Shown here one piece after another: positions 9,354 to 20,246 of a stretch of 64,000 nt of DNA. The notes under the pieces were generated by a model that saw nothing but the letters and a program-made list of their open reading frames with translations, was not told the DNA's origin and ran no database searches. The stretch comes from Candidatus Bathyarchaeota archaeon (GTDB lineage: Archaea > Thermoproteota > Bathyarchaeia > Bathyarchaeales > Bathycorpusculaceae), in the NCBI GenBank assembly GCA_963832745.1, contig CAWHVC010000001.1, forward strand, positions 288,001 to 352,000. The letters are read 5' to 3'. Position numbers and translations under genes: made by a program. Positions within the stretch are counted from its first letter, which is position 1, and each line of letters starts with the position of its first letter.

Positions 9354-10565
9354 TTGAATGTTTTAATCTATGAACATGCGTGCGGAGGAGGCTATGCTGA
9401 AGGGGCAGTCTCTCCAGGAATTTTAGCGGAGGGCTTTGGCATGCTTCGTTCATGCGTCTCCAACCTAAAAGCAGCAGGTTACGAAGTCACGGTTATACTT
9501 GACGAGGGTCTATCGAGACTGAACCCGCCAATTCAAGCCGACTGCATTATTCCGATTTTCAATTTTAAAGAGGCGCAACAAGCAATCTTGAAAGCCTGCG
9601 TAGACATCGACGCTGCCTACGTCATCGCGCCTGAAACCGGTGGAACACTACATGCGTTGGTCGAGTTTATTGAACAGAACGGTGTACCTCTGCTTAACAG
9701 CCGTTCAAACGCTATTCGTACAGTTTCCGACAAAGCTGCTCTGTACGAGACCCTTAAAGCTAACAAATTAAAAACGCCCAAAACTGTCCGAATTAATGTT
9801 GGCCGATACGTTAAGGAATCAATATTGAGCAAGTTCGAGTTTCCAGTTGTCTTTAAACCCGTTGACGGCGTAGGCTGCAGCGGTTTAAGCATTGTAAAGG
9901 AGGCATCGCAGGTTGATGGCGCCATAGAGAAGATTGATGCCGAACTTGCAAGCGAAACTTTCATGGTCCAAGAATATCTTGAAGGCGAAACTGTAAGCGT
10001 CAGCATGCTTTGCACTGGCACCAAATCCCTGCCGGTCAGCCTTAACCAGCAAAATGTTACACTTTCTACTCCTGATGCGGCTTCCTGCTATGTCGGTGGC
10101 TGCACACCTTTTGAGCATGAAATGAAAAAGAAAGCCTTCAAAACCGCTGAGAAGGTTATAAGCTGCTTTCCAGGGCTCAAAGGCTATGTTGGTGTTGATT
10201 TAATTTTGACAGAGAAGGGCCCAGTAGTAGTTGATGTTAACCCACGGTTGACAACCTCGTTCATTGGGTTAAGCCGCGTTGCAAGCTTCAATTTTGGTGA
10301 TGCCATCGCTAAAGCTGCACTTAAAAACGATTTGCCCAGCAAAGCAGCCCTTTCCGGGTACGCTTGCTTTACTAAAATTGAAACTCCCAAAGCCGACCTT
10401 GACGTTTTAGGCAAACTGTATGAACTGGCTGGTGTAGTTTCTCCGCCTTTCCCAGTACAGGACAGCGAGGTAGGTTGCGCTTTAGTTTCAGTAGAGGGTA
10501 ACTCTTTGGCTGAAGCATGCGTTTTGCTCGAAGAAGCTAAAAAGCGCGTGTTAGACATTATTTAA
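9354..10565 (+). CDS. mfnD: Tyramine--L-glutamate ligase (ATP-grasp)
   Basis: EG.GML, IAPE..G.L, KP.DG.GC.G, LN.Q, GYVGVD, NPRLTTS; lies in the mfn cluster. Confidence 0.82.
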   Translation: MNVLIYEHACGGGYAEGAVSPGILAEGFGMLRSCVSNLKAAGYEVTVILDEGLSRLNPPIQADCIIPIFNFKEAQQAILKACVDIDAAYVIAPETGGTLHALVEFIEQNGVPLLNSRSNAIRTVSDKAALYETLKANKLKTPKTVRINVGRYVKESILSKFEFPVVFKPVDGVGCSGLSIVKEASQVDGAIEKIDAELASETFMVQEYLEGETVSVSMLCTGTKSLPVSLNQQNVTLSTPDAASCYVGGCTPFEHEMKKKAFKTAEKVISCFPGLKGYVGVDLILTEKGPVVVDVNPRLTTSFIGLSRVASFNFGDAIAKAALKNDLPSKAALSGYACFTKIETPKADLDVLGKLYELAGVVSPPFPVQDSEVGCALVSVEGNSLAEACVLLEEAKKRVLDII

Positions 10566-10568
10566 CTG

Positions 10569-11639
10569 GTGAATGCAGTTTTGGTTACTGTGTTGGGGTT
10601 AGATATTGGTGGCGCTAACACTAAAGCCGCTTATGTTCAAACTCAAAACGGTGCGATTAAAGAGGTTAAGATTGAAGTAGAATATTTTCCGGTTTGGAAG
10701 GAACCGCAAAACCTCACCGAAATTCTATGCAAACTTAAAGCGGGGGTTTTCGGGGGTAAACTTGATGCATTGGGCGTAACAATGACTGCAGAACTTTCTG
10801 ATGCATACAAAACTAAACATGAAGGCGTAACGCACATTTTGGGCTGTGTTAAAGATGCTTTTTCTGATGTGCCCAATTACGTTTTAAACACCGATGCCAA
10901 GTTAGTAACCCCAAAAGAAGCCACTGAAGCACCGCTAGAAGTTGCTGCTGCCAATTGGGCTGCGACAGGCTGGCTTGTTTCTCAATACTTTGAAAACTGC
11001 GTCGTTGTTGACATTGGCAGCACAAGTACCAGCATCATCCCGGTGACCTCGGGCAAGATTTCAGCAGAAGGCAAAACCGACCTCGACAAACTCATCTGTG
11101 GAGAATTGGTTTACACTGGCAGTTTACGTACGAATTTGGCGGCTATTGTGCAGTCTGTCCCAGTTAAAGGCTCCGTTGCCATGGTTTCCTCAGAATTGTT
11201 TGCATTAAGCGGCGACGTTCACCTTATTCTTGGCAACGTCACCAGCGAGCAATACACGAGCGAGACTGCGGATGGCAAAGGAAGAAGTCGCCGAGAAGCC
11301 TTCACACGTCTTGCACGACTGGTCTGCGCCGACACTGAAATGCTAACCGAAAAAGAACTTGCCACAATAGCTCAATACATTTACGAAAAACAAGTCCAGC
11401 AGGTAACAGCGGGTTTAAGCCAAGTCTATAAACGCGCCAAAAAGGCGGCGTCAACTAAGGTGCCTGTTTTGGTTGCAGGTTTGGGAAAAGATTTTCTAGC
11501 CCATAAAGCCGCTGAGCGGATTGGAGTTGATGTGGTAATGGATTTAGGTGACTTGCTGCCAAAAGGGGTTTCGTTGGCTGTTCCAGCGGTGGGCGTTGCG
11601 TTGATGGCTGCTAAACGTGTTGAGGGCGAAAAATCATGA
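10569..11639 (+). CDS. mfnF: Hydantoinase/oxoprolinase-family methanofuran synthesis protein
   Basis: GLDIGGANTK, TMTAELSD, AAANW, DIGSTST, GELVYTG..RT, TADG. Confidence 0.88.
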   Translation: MNAVLVTVLGLDIGGANTKAAYVQTQNGAIKEVKIEVEYFPVWKEPQNLTEILCKLKAGVFGGKLDALGVTMTAELSDAYKTKHEGVTHILGCVKDAFSDVPNYVLNTDAKLVTPKEATEAPLEVAAANWAATGWLVSQYFENCVVVDIGSTSTSIIPVTSGKISAEGKTDLDKLICGELVYTGSLRTNLAAIVQSVPVKGSVAMVSSELFALSGDVHLILGNVTSEQYTSETADGKGRSRREAFTRLARLVCADTEMLTEKELATIAQYIYEKQVQQVTAGLSQVYKRAKKAASTKVPVLVAGLGKDFLAHKAAERIGVDVVMDLGDLLPKGVSLAVPAVGVALMAAKRVEGEKS

Positions 11640-12313
11640 CCGTTGTGGTTGTAAAGGTTGGTGGTAGCCTGTCTCAGGACCCTGAAAAGTTAAGAGCATT
11701 ATGTAGAAGGTTAAACCAGCTTGCCAAGACCCAGCGGATTGTGGTGGTTCCGGGCGGGGGAGAGTTTGCGGATTGTGTTCGTGCGTTGGATAAGCGGTTT
11801 GCTTTATCGGCGGCGGTGGCGCATCATATGGCGATTTTGGGCATGGATCAGTATGGCTTGCTACTTTCAGACTTAATACCCAATTGTCAAGTGGTGAACA
11901 GTTTAGAAGAAGTTAAAAACGTCAGTGTTGGACGGGTAGTAGTGTTTTTGCCTTCTACGTTTATGTTTTTTGATGACGGTTTGCCGAATTCTTGGGAAGT
12001 AACCTCGGATTCGATTGCAGCATACATTGCAGGTAAACTAAAAGCAGAACAAATATTACTAATGAAAGATGTAGGCGGAATATACACTGATGACCCAAAA
12101 AAGAATCCACAAGCAAAGCTGCTTGAGAAACTAACAGTAGTGGAACTTTCTAAGTTGAAGGGGAAAACCTGTGTGGATGCTTACCTGCCTAAGCTACTTG
12201 AAACGTTACAGCTTGATTGCTATGTCTTGAATGGTTTTCATACAGAAAATATTGAAGGTGTTTTAGGAAGGCAAAAGACGGCTGGCACAGTTATTTGGCG
12301 CGAATTTTTATAG
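11636..12313 (+). CDS. mfnE: Amino-acid-kinase family [5-(aminomethyl)furan-3-yl]methyl phosphate kinase
   Basis: KVGGSL, VPGGG.FAD.VR, H.MAILGMDQYG, LP.SW.VTSDSIA; ATGA overlap with mfnF. Confidence 0.85.
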   Translation: MTVVVVKVGGSLSQDPEKLRALCRRLNQLAKTQRIVVVPGGGEFADCVRALDKRFALSAAVAHHMAILGMDQYGLLLSDLIPNCQVVNSLEEVKNVSVGRVVVFLPSTFMFFDDGLPNSWEVTSDSIAAYIAGKLKAEQILLMKDVGGIYTDDPKKNPQAKLLEKLTVVELSKLKGKTCVDAYLPKLLETLQLDCYVLNGFHTENIEGVLGRQKTAGTVIWREFL

Positions 12314-12335
12314 GACTCGCTGCCCATTTTCAATT

Positions 12336-13181
12336 ATGGAATCTTCTGTTGTTGCTGTAGTAAAAGGTTCGCGTGGTCATGAACCAGTTTTTAAAGCTCT
12401 TGATATAGTTGATTACAAGAAAGTTTTAACCGGCTATAGCACGGTGCTTGTTAAGGTCAATTTTATCTGTGATAAAACTTGGGACACCGGAGCCACCACT
12501 GACCCGCTTGTCGTGGAAGCAATCATTATGAAACTTAAGGAGTTGCCAGTAAAAATTATAGTTGTCGAATCTGATGCGTCCATCACAAACGCGGACAAGG
12601 CCTTTGAAGCAACTGGCATGAAGGAAATGTGTATACGTAACGGGGTTGAATGGCTAAACCTGCGGCATGTTGAGGACAAGGTTAAACTGAAAATTCCAAA
12701 CGGCGAAACCCTAAAAGACATAACCGTGCCAAAACTCGTCACTGAATCCGCCGTAATCAGCGCCGCCAAACTAAAAACCCACATGGCAACCACAGTCACG
12801 TTAGGCATGAAAAACATGTTTGGCCTGTTGCCTGACAAGTTCAAAATGAAATATCACGCCAGAGGCATAAGTGATGTCATTTTAGACATAAACACTATAC
12901 TTAAACCCACATTAACAGTTGTTGACGGTTTTGTCGGCATGGAGGGACGCGGTCCAACAGACGGCGAACCAGTGCAAATGGATTTGATAATTGCTGGAAC
13001 TGACCCGGTTGCGACCGACGCGGCGTGCTGCAAAATCATGGGCATAGACCCAACTCAGGTCAAGCATATACGGAAAGCTGCTGAGAAAGGTTTGGGAAAA
13101 CTTGAAGCTGAAGTTGTCGGTGAAAAAGTAGAAGCTGTTGCAAAGCCGTTCAAAAAAGCCAAAGCCGATAAGAAAAAATAG
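12336..13181 (+). CDS. DUF362 family protein
   Basis: VKVN, ATT.P.VV, KLKTH...VTLGMKN.FG, DG..GMEG.GP..G, D.VA.D. Confidence 0.85.
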   Translation: MESSVVAVVKGSRGHEPVFKALDIVDYKKVLTGYSTVLVKVNFICDKTWDTGATTDPLVVEAIIMKLKELPVKIIVVESDASITNADKAFEATGMKEMCIRNGVEWLNLRHVEDKVKLKIPNGETLKDITVPKLVTESAVISAAKLKTHMATTVTLGMKNMFGLLPDKFKMKYHARGISDVILDINTILKPTLTVVDGFVGMEGRGPTDGEPVQMDLIIAGTDPVATDAACCKIMGIDPTQVKHIRKAAEKGLGKLEAEVVGEKVEAVAKPFKKAKADKKK

Positions 13182-13185
13182 CCAA

Positions 13186-13276
13186 CCTATTTGGTTCCTA
13201 TTAGAAATTGTATGCAGAAACCTATAGAGGGTAGGTTGGATAGGCTGAAAAACTGCTCATTAATACGTTGAATTCA
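13186..13276 (+). repeat. Dispersed intergenic repeat, copy A
   Basis: Aligns by eye with 51654-51745 and the reverse complement of 55884-55946 (CCTATTAGA..TATGCA..AGAGGGGTAGG..TGAAAA..CATTAATAYGTTGAA). Confidence 0.75.
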
Positions 13277-13325
13277 AAGGTCCGTATACAAAAGCATCAC
13301 CCAAACATAGAAAAAACGGGGCAGG

Positions 13326-14141
13326 TCAAAGTTTTTTGTATACAAGCGTCAACAAGAAAAAAGCAACCAACACAAACACGATAACCCCAGCTGTAACTAC
13401 GTTAAACATTGCAGAAACCATGATTCCGACTGCCGTACTTAATGTGCTAAAAAGTACAGTTGCCAATAACGTCCGCTTAAATGAAAAGTTCAGTTTTAGA
13501 GCACAGAGCCCAGGAATTACCAGAAGCGCGACTACAAGGATAGTGCCGATAACTTTTATTGATAAAACGATTGTAACAGCTATCAGTAAATCGAAAATTA
13601 CCGTTAAATGCTTTGTCGGTATGCCCATTATACGTGAATCTTCTTCATCGAAAACCATAGAGAGCAATTCACGTCTGAAGAAACCGATAAACAGCAGAAC
13701 AAAAGCGCTTAAAACTGAAACCAGCATCAAATCTGAAAAATCAATAGTTAGTATTGACCCGAACAGATAATTGAATAATTCAACGTTGAACCCGCCTGCA
13801 ATGCTTATTGCTATTAAACCCGTTGAGAAGCCTAAAGCCAACATTACGGCTACGGCGGAATCGGAGGTTGCAATCTTTTTTCGACGCATGTAAGAAATGG
13901 CAAAAACTGCTAAAATTGAAACGCCTAAAGCAGTAAGTAAAGGATTAATCCCCACTAGAAGCCCTATAGCTATGCCGCCAAACGCGGTGTGCGAAAGTCC
14001 ATCGCCAATCATGGCTTCCTTCTTTAAAATCAAAAACAACCCAACTAAACCACAGACTATTGCAACGATGATACCGCCGATTAGGGCGTTCTGGAAGAAT
14101 TGGTACCCAAAAAGGTTAAACAGGTTAGCGCTCGTTAGCAA
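13326..14141 (-). CDS. znuB: Zn/Mn ABC transporter permease (ZnuB-like)
   Basis: GDGLSHTAFGG, YLFGSIL, FDEE...G motifs; multiple TM segments. Confidence 0.88.
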   Translation of the reverse strand: MLTSANLFNLFGYQFFQNALIGGIIVAIVCGLVGLFLILKKEAMIGDGLSHTAFGGIAIGLLVGINPLLTALGVSILAVFAISYMRRKKIATSDSAVAVMLALGFSTGLIAISIAGGFNVELFNYLFGSILTIDFSDLMLVSVLSAFVLLFIGFFRRELLSMVFDEEDSRIMGIPTKHLTVIFDLLIAVTIVLSIKVIGTILVVALLVIPGLCALKLNFSFKRTLLATVLFSTLSTAVGIMVSAMFNVVTAGVIVFVLVAFFLLTLVYKKL

Positions 14142-14916
14142 AAACTCCTTCACAGTTATGTCTATGGAATACAAAATGGAAATGTTCACCGTATGCACGT
14201 TTAAGCAACATATTAGCGTCTAATTCTTGATTTATCGAGGCAATTTCGACTTTTCTGTTGATGCACATTACTTTTGACATTCGGCAGAAAACCGTTGCTA
14301 AATCGTGAGTTACAATTAGAATAGTTGTTTGACGTTCAATGTTTAGATCGCTTAGTTTTTTGTAGAATTTTTCTTGCGCATTCGAGTCCACTCCGACGAT
14401 TGGTTCGTCCAGCAAGATTAACTCGGGATTATGAGTCAAGGCTTTAGCGACAAACATCCGCTGTTTCTGTCCACCCGATAACTGACCAATACGCCTGTTT
14501 GCAACATCGCTTAAACCCATAAATTCAAGGTTTTCATCCACATTTTTCCAATCTTCACGCGTGAATTGCCTACCCAATTTGCCTTTTTTTATGCAACCCA
14601 GCGAGACAAGCTCTCGAACCGTTAAAGGAAACTGCTCTTCAAAACTCGTTGCATGCTGGGAGATATAAGCCACTTTTTCCCATGCCGAAAACTTGGAAAT
14701 ATCCACACCAAAAAGCCGTATGGAACCAGTTACGGTCGGTAAAAAGTTGAGAATTGCGCTTAAAAGGGTGGTTTTTCCGCCGCCGTTGGGTCCAACTACG
14801 CCTATATAGTCGCCTTTGGTAATCGAGAAATTTGCGCCTTCGATTACTGGTGTCCCGTTACGGTTAACGCCAAGGTTTTCTGCTTCTAAAATAGGGGTGG
14901 CTTGCTGCATGTTCAA
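14125..14916 (-). CDS. znuC: Zn/Mn ABC transporter ATPase (ZnuC-like)
   Basis: GPNGGGKTT, LSGGQKQR, LLDEP, His-rich C-terminal tail HFHFVFHRH. Confidence 0.88.
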   Translation of the reverse strand: MNMQQATPILEAENLGVNRNGTPVIEGANFSITKGDYIGVVGPNGGGKTTLLSAILNFLPTVTGSIRLFGVDISKFSAWEKVAYISQHATSFEEQFPLTVRELVSLGCIKKGKLGRQFTREDWKNVDENLEFMGLSDVANRRIGQLSGGQKQRMFVAKALTHNPELILLDEPIVGVDSNAQEKFYKKLSDLNIERQTTILIVTHDLATVFCRMSKVMCINRKVEIASINQELDANMLLKRAYGEHFHFVFHRHNCEGVFANER

Positions 14917-14964
14917 TTTTCCGTCCTAACCCATTTTACCTTGCGCTTAATTAACTAGCACCAT

Positions 14965-15906
14965 TTAGGTTGCCTCTAAACCGGTTTGTAGGTTGGTAAG
15001 ATTTGTCTGCATTTGTGCCAAGTAATCCATGTTGTCTGTGGGGCCTAGCATTAGATACAAGTTAAGGACAGTTACGGTTTGACCTGTTTGTGTTTGAACT
15101 TCTGTTTTTATTGTTTGAATGTACTCACTTGAATATACGGGGTCAACGTAGAGAACGTAGATGTGGTGTTGCTCCATTTTTTCGACAATACCGGCTATGG
15201 TTGCAACGCTGGGTTGCTCGTCAGCTGATAAACCGATTACCCCATGTTGAGTAAACCCGTATCGGTAAGCCAAATATCCGAAGGCTTCATGAGAAGTGAA
15301 GATGTAGCTTTTGCTGGCGTTAGAAAGGGTAGACGAGTACTCTGTGTCTAATTGGTCAAGTCTTTGCTCCAGGTTGAGCCATCTTTGGGTGTAGTAATCT
15401 TCATGTTGCGGGTCCACTGTAACTAATGAGTTGTAAATATTTTCAGCCTGTTGTTTAGCCATGTAGGGACTAACCCACGTGTGAGGGTCATAGACTCCAT
15501 GTTCTTCGCCTGCATCGTTGTCTTGGTTTGCCACAAGGGATAACCCTGCGGTAGACTCAACGATTGTGCGATTATCGGCGTTTGACAAAGCTGGCAAAAC
15601 GTCATCTTCCATCCAGGGGTCTAAACCTGCGCCGTTGTAGATGATTATGTTTGCGTCTTCAGCAGCCATTATGTGTGATGCGGAGGGTTCCCAACCGTGG
15701 ATTTCAGTGTTGTTGGGGATTAGTTGTGTTATTTCAATTTGGTCTCCGCCGATTTCTTGAGCAAGGTATGTTAGGGGGTAAAAAGTGGTGACTATTTTTA
15801 GTTTGGTTGATGCTTGAGGGGTGTTCATCGTGTATGCGATTATGGAGATTGAGAGTATTGTTATGAGCGTGATGCTTGTTAGGAAGACTTTTTGGTTACG
15901 GTTCAT
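14965..15906 (-). CDS. znuA: Zn/Mn ABC transporter substrate-binding protein (ZnuA/AdcA-like)
   Basis: EIHGWEP, DPHTW, HEAFGY ligand motifs; N-terminal TM anchor. Confidence 0.88.
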   Translation of the reverse strand: MNRNQKVFLTSITLITILSISIIAYTMNTPQASTKLKIVTTFYPLTYLAQEIGGDQIEITQLIPNNTEIHGWEPSASHIMAAEDANIIIYNGAGLDPWMEDDVLPALSNADNRTIVESTAGLSLVANQDNDAGEEHGVYDPHTWVSPYMAKQQAENIYNSLVTVDPQHEDYYTQRWLNLEQRLDQLDTEYSSTLSNASKSYIFTSHEAFGYLAYRYGFTQHGVIGLSADEQPSVATIAGIVEKMEQHHIYVLYVDPVYSSEYIQTIKTEVQTQTGQTVTVLNLYLMLGPTDNMDYLAQMQTNLTNLQTGLEAT

Positions 15907-16029
15907 AACCTGTTTTCAACAAGCTAATTATTAAAGTTATTTAAAAATTTATTAACAATTGAGCACTTTAACCCAAAAGTTACTAAAAATTATTAATACA
16001 ACAACCCAACAATAACAACATGAACCAGT

Positions 16030-16437
16030 ATGACAGTAATCAGCCTATCTATCCCAGACAAACTAATCACACAAATCGATCAAACAATGAAAGAAAAAGG
16101 ATACGCAAGCAGATCTGAAATCGCACGCCAAGCCCTAAGACTATACTTAACAGAAGACCTAAAAATCGAAGACGTCAACGGTGAAGCTGTAGCCACAGTA
16201 ACCCTAATCTATAAAGAAAACGCAGACAGACGACGACTACTTGAAACCCAACACTTACACAGCGGATTAGTCTCAACCTTCCTTCACACTCACATACATG
16301 AAGGGTTCTGCATGGAAGTAATAATCCTAAAAGGACACGCCTCACTGATAAGAAAATTTATTGATAATCTTCGACAAAATGAGCAGATTATGCAAATAAA
16401 AGTTTCAGTCATAAATCAAGAACAAACAATACAATAA
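16030..16437 (+). CDS. NikR-family ribbon-helix-helix metalloregulator
   Basis: VISLSIP..L...D......GY.SRSE; metal site QH...H.H....C.E; divergent from znuA. Confidence 0.85.
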   Translation: MTVISLSIPDKLITQIDQTMKEKGYASRSEIARQALRLYLTEDLKIEDVNGEAVATVTLIYKENADRRRLLETQHLHSGLVSTFLHTHIHEGFCMEVIILKGHASLIRKFIDNLRQNEQIMQIKVSVINQEQTIQ

Positions 16438-16481
16438 AAAAAGAAAAAGCTACAAATTGTAGCCTGTTTTTTCTCGAAATT

Positions 16482-19297
16482 TTAGGGCTTCCGTCTTCTG
16501 TTCGCCAAATACTTTCCGATTTCTAATGCACTAAACACTATGCCAGCCATTAATGCAGCGATTACCCAATCGACTAGTTGAGGTGCAGTTACATCGAACA
16601 GTGCCTGTACTGCAGGAACATAGAGTACTACAAGCTGCAACGCGAACGAGGACAGTATTGCATACCAGAGATACTTGTTTTTGAACACGCCAACCTTGAT
16701 TACTGGATGTTTAAGCGACCGAGATGACAATGCAATAGCTAATTCGATAAGCACCATTCCAGTCATTAATTGTGTTCGTGCTTCAAGCAGATTATATTGT
16801 CCAAGCCATGGTTGATGCGCAAAGTATGCCGTCAACAACAGGATTGTTGTCAGTATTGGCGTTGCCACCAAGAAAGTTTTGACGTCTCTTGAGAATATGC
16901 TTTCTTTTGGATGACGAGGCTTACGTTCCATCAGGTCAGGGTCACCGGGATCAACGCCTAAAGCAATGGCAGGCAAACCGTCAGTCACCAAGTTAATCCA
17001 TAGAATCTGCACAGCCGTCAAAGCTATTGCTGCACTATTAATGGAGTCAATACCTTCCTGTGTTGAGTTCAGCCCCGGAACCAGAAACGCTGCTAAATAA
17101 GGCACTGCAACAACAGCTATGAACATTACCAAGATTTCCATAATATTGCATTGCAGCAGGAATGTTAGGTATTTCTTGATGTTATCGTAGATTTCACGGC
17201 CTTCTTTAACGGCTTTAACTATACTTGCAAAATTGTCGTCAGCAAGAATCATTGAAGCGGCTTCTTTGCTTACTTCCGTGCCAGTGATACCCATGGCAAT
17301 GCCGATATCCGCTTTTTTGAGCGCAGGAGCATCGTTCACGCCGTCGCCGGTCATTGCAACAATCTGTCCTTTTTCCTTCCAAGCCTTAACAATTCTGACT
17401 TTATGTTCAGGCGCAACACGCGCGTAAATAACAATTTTTTCCACAATATCCGCAAGCTGTTGGTCAGTCATTTGCTCAAGTTCAGCGCCAGTTAAAACTT
17501 TACCGTCAGGGTCTTCTTCGCCAATCAAGTTTAGCTCTTTTGCGACAGCGGTTGCAGTAAGTTTGTGGTCACCAGTAATCATTACAACACGTATGCCGGC
17601 TTTTCTACATGTTTCAATTGCATCCTTAACTTCTGGACGGGGCGGATCAATCATGCCCATTATACCCGCAAAGATGAAGTCTTCTTCTATCGTTTCGTCA
17701 AAGCTTGTCATGTCTTGAGGCAATTCACGGTACGCAAAACCGAGGTTTCTTAGGGCCTGTAAAGCCATGCTTTCAATAACTTTTTGCAGGTCTGAACGTT
17801 GGTTTTTCGTTAATTTCATTATTTTGCCGTTTAGTTTTATGCTACTGCATTTTTCGATGACAATTTCAGGTGCGCCTTTCATGTAGGCTACTTTTTTGTT
17901 GTCAAACTGGTGTATCGTGGTCATGCGTTTGCGTTCACTGCTAAACGGTATTTCACCGATTCGAGGTTCCAGTTTATCAAGCTCTTGTTTCGAAACGTCA
18001 GCTTTGGCAGCTGCAACTATAAGAGCGCCTTCAGTTGGGTCACCTTTAACTTTCCAATTGTTACTTTTTTCGTCCCTGTCAAGTGCAGAGTCATTGCATA
18101 GGCTGGATATTTTTAGGAGTTCAAGGAGTTGCTCGTCAGGGGTTATGGCTTTGTTATCGATTTCGAATTGGCCTTTTGGCGCATATCCTATGCCAGTCAC
18201 TTTGACGGCAGTATTATTAATGTAAATACGTTGTACTGTCATTTCGCCTTTTGTCAGGGTACCAGTTTTGTCGCTGCAAATTACACTGGTGCTACCTAAG
18301 GTTTCTACAGCGGGAAACGCTTTACAACCGCGTTGACTTTGGTCATTCTGTACATGCCAATTGCAAGGGCTCCAGTAACGATTGCTGGGAGAGCTTCAGG
18401 CACTGCTGCAACAGCGAGGCTTACTGCCCAAAGAATCATTTCGACAAGGTCACGCTGCTCAACAACAACACCCACAACTGCAACACTAGCAGCAATCACG
18501 ATAGCCAACAGACCAATCCATTTACCGACGGAAGCCAAACGTTTTTCAAGCGGCGTTTCTTCAACTTCGGTTGTTTGGACCATTTGCGCAATTTTGCCAA
18601 ACTCTGTTTTCATGCCTGTTTCAGTAACAAGTGCTTTTGCTCTGCCGTAAGCGATGGCTGTTCCAGTGTAAATCATGTTGTGCCGATCGTTTAATTGGGC
18701 TTTTTCAGAAATTGCCGCGGTGCTTTTGTCTACGGCTGCGGATTCACCTGTTAGAGCAGCCTCTTCAACTTTAAGGGTATGAGCTTCTATAAGCCGTGAA
18801 TCAGCAGGCACTTTGTCACCTGCATAGAGAAGCAGTATATCGCCGGGCACAATTTGGCTTGCTTGAATGGTGGTTTCTTTTCCCTCTCGAATTACAAGGG
18901 CAGTTGGTGAAGTCATTTTTTTGAGGGCTTCAACAGCTTTTTCGCTTCGATATTCTTGTGTGAAACCTAAGATTGCGCTTGCAAAAACGATGATGAGGAT
19001 AATGGCGGCGTCAACTTGTTCGCCAACAGCGATAGAGAGACCTGTTGCAATTAATAGTATTATCATGAGAACGTCGGTAAATTGTGAGAGGAAGAGTTTG
19101 ATTGGGGATTTCCCTTTTTCTTTTTTCAACTCGTTTGAACCGTATTTTGCTAGGCGTGTTTGGACGTCCTGCGTGGTTATTCCTTGGTTTTCTTTAACTT
19201 GAAGTTCTGTTAAAGATTCTTCAACTGTTAAAGCATGCCATGGCTTGGTGTTTGAGATTTTGTGGTCTCTCCTTTGCATTTTTTTCTTTTTTAGCAA
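16482..19297 (-). pseudogene. Cation-translocating P-type ATPase (type IIA, Ca2+-like) interrupted by a 1-nt frameshift near 18315
   Basis: N half has LTGES and VPEALP; the bridging frame reads PAVETLGSTSVICSDKTGTLT (18251-18312); C half has KGAPE, DPPR, MITGD, TGDGVND. May be an intact gene with a sequencing error. Confidence 0.85.
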
Positions 19298-19403
19298 TGA
19301 TTAACGGGCTTCTTTAACGTGATTATAAGCCTTGTTGTTGCTAAATTATTTGGATAATGAGGGGCAATAGTTAAATGATTTTTGTCACTAATACTTTTTT
19401 TTA

Positions 19404-20231
19404 GTGGTGAATAAGGTGAAGAATATTGGAATTCAAAAAGCACTTGAAACATTAGGCCTAACCGAATACGAAGCAAAAGCATACATCAGCTTAGTTGAAA
19501 AAGGAACATCAAACGCTGGAGACTTAAGCACATTATCTGAGATACCGCACTCAAAAATATATGAAGTCCTAATGCGCTTGGAAAAAAGAAAACTCTTAGA
19601 AACCCAAAAAGGAAGACCCATACTATTCAAAGCCGTAAAACCCTCCACAGCATTAGAAGGAATAGAAACCCAACTAAAAAACGATTTAGAAAAAGAATTA
19701 ACCGAAAAAAGAGCCACCTTAGAAAACAGTTACAAAAAAAGATTCACCGAAATAACTGAAGCTCAAAAAACCGTTTTAGAAGAACTTGAAACCCTTTACG
19801 AAACAAAAGAAACCGCTGAACCATCAGAAGACATTGTTTGGACAATCCAAGGAAAAACTAACCTAAACACCCAAGCAAAAGACATCATCCTTTACGCGAC
19901 AAACGAAGTACGACTAAGACTTCCCCATGATGACTTTACAGAGTTTGAATCAATAGTGAAAACTGCATACTCAAAAGGCGTAAAAATCCAGTTACTCGTT
20001 CACCGATTAACTCCGAGCGCACGCAGATTGGAAAAAAACGCTGAAATCTTCCTCGAAGAATCACCACTTCCAACAAACTACGGTATAATTATCGCCGACA
20101 ACAAAAAAGGCATGTTCATATCAGAAAATTATGCCCACGGATTCAAGACTTCAGGCAAAAGCGTACTAATGGTTCTCACACACTTTTACGACCATGAACT
20201 GGAAGAGTCAATCAAAATAAAAAATAAATAA
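19404..20231 (+). CDS. TrmB family transcriptional regulator
   Basis: LGLTEYEAKAY..L, IP.SKIY.VL..L, GRP..F.A..P. Confidence 0.88.
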   Translation: MVNKVKNIGIQKALETLGLTEYEAKAYISLVEKGTSNAGDLSTLSEIPHSKIYEVLMRLEKRKLLETQKGRPILFKAVKPSTALEGIETQLKNDLEKELTEKRATLENSYKKRFTEITEAQKTVLEELETLYETKETAEPSEDIVWTIQGKTNLNTQAKDIILYATNEVRLRLPHDDFTEFESIVKTAYSKGVKIQLLVHRLTPSARRLEKNAEIFLEESPLPTNYGIIIADNKKGMFISENYAHGFKTSGKSVLMVLTHFYDHELEESIKIKNK

Positions 20232-20246
20232 AAAAGGAAAGCCGTT

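Noticed and set aside
18305-18320. Programmed -1 frameshift in the P-type ATPase
   Set aside because: CCC is atypical as YYY, no stimulator was evident, and three other unrelated indels point to sequencing error.
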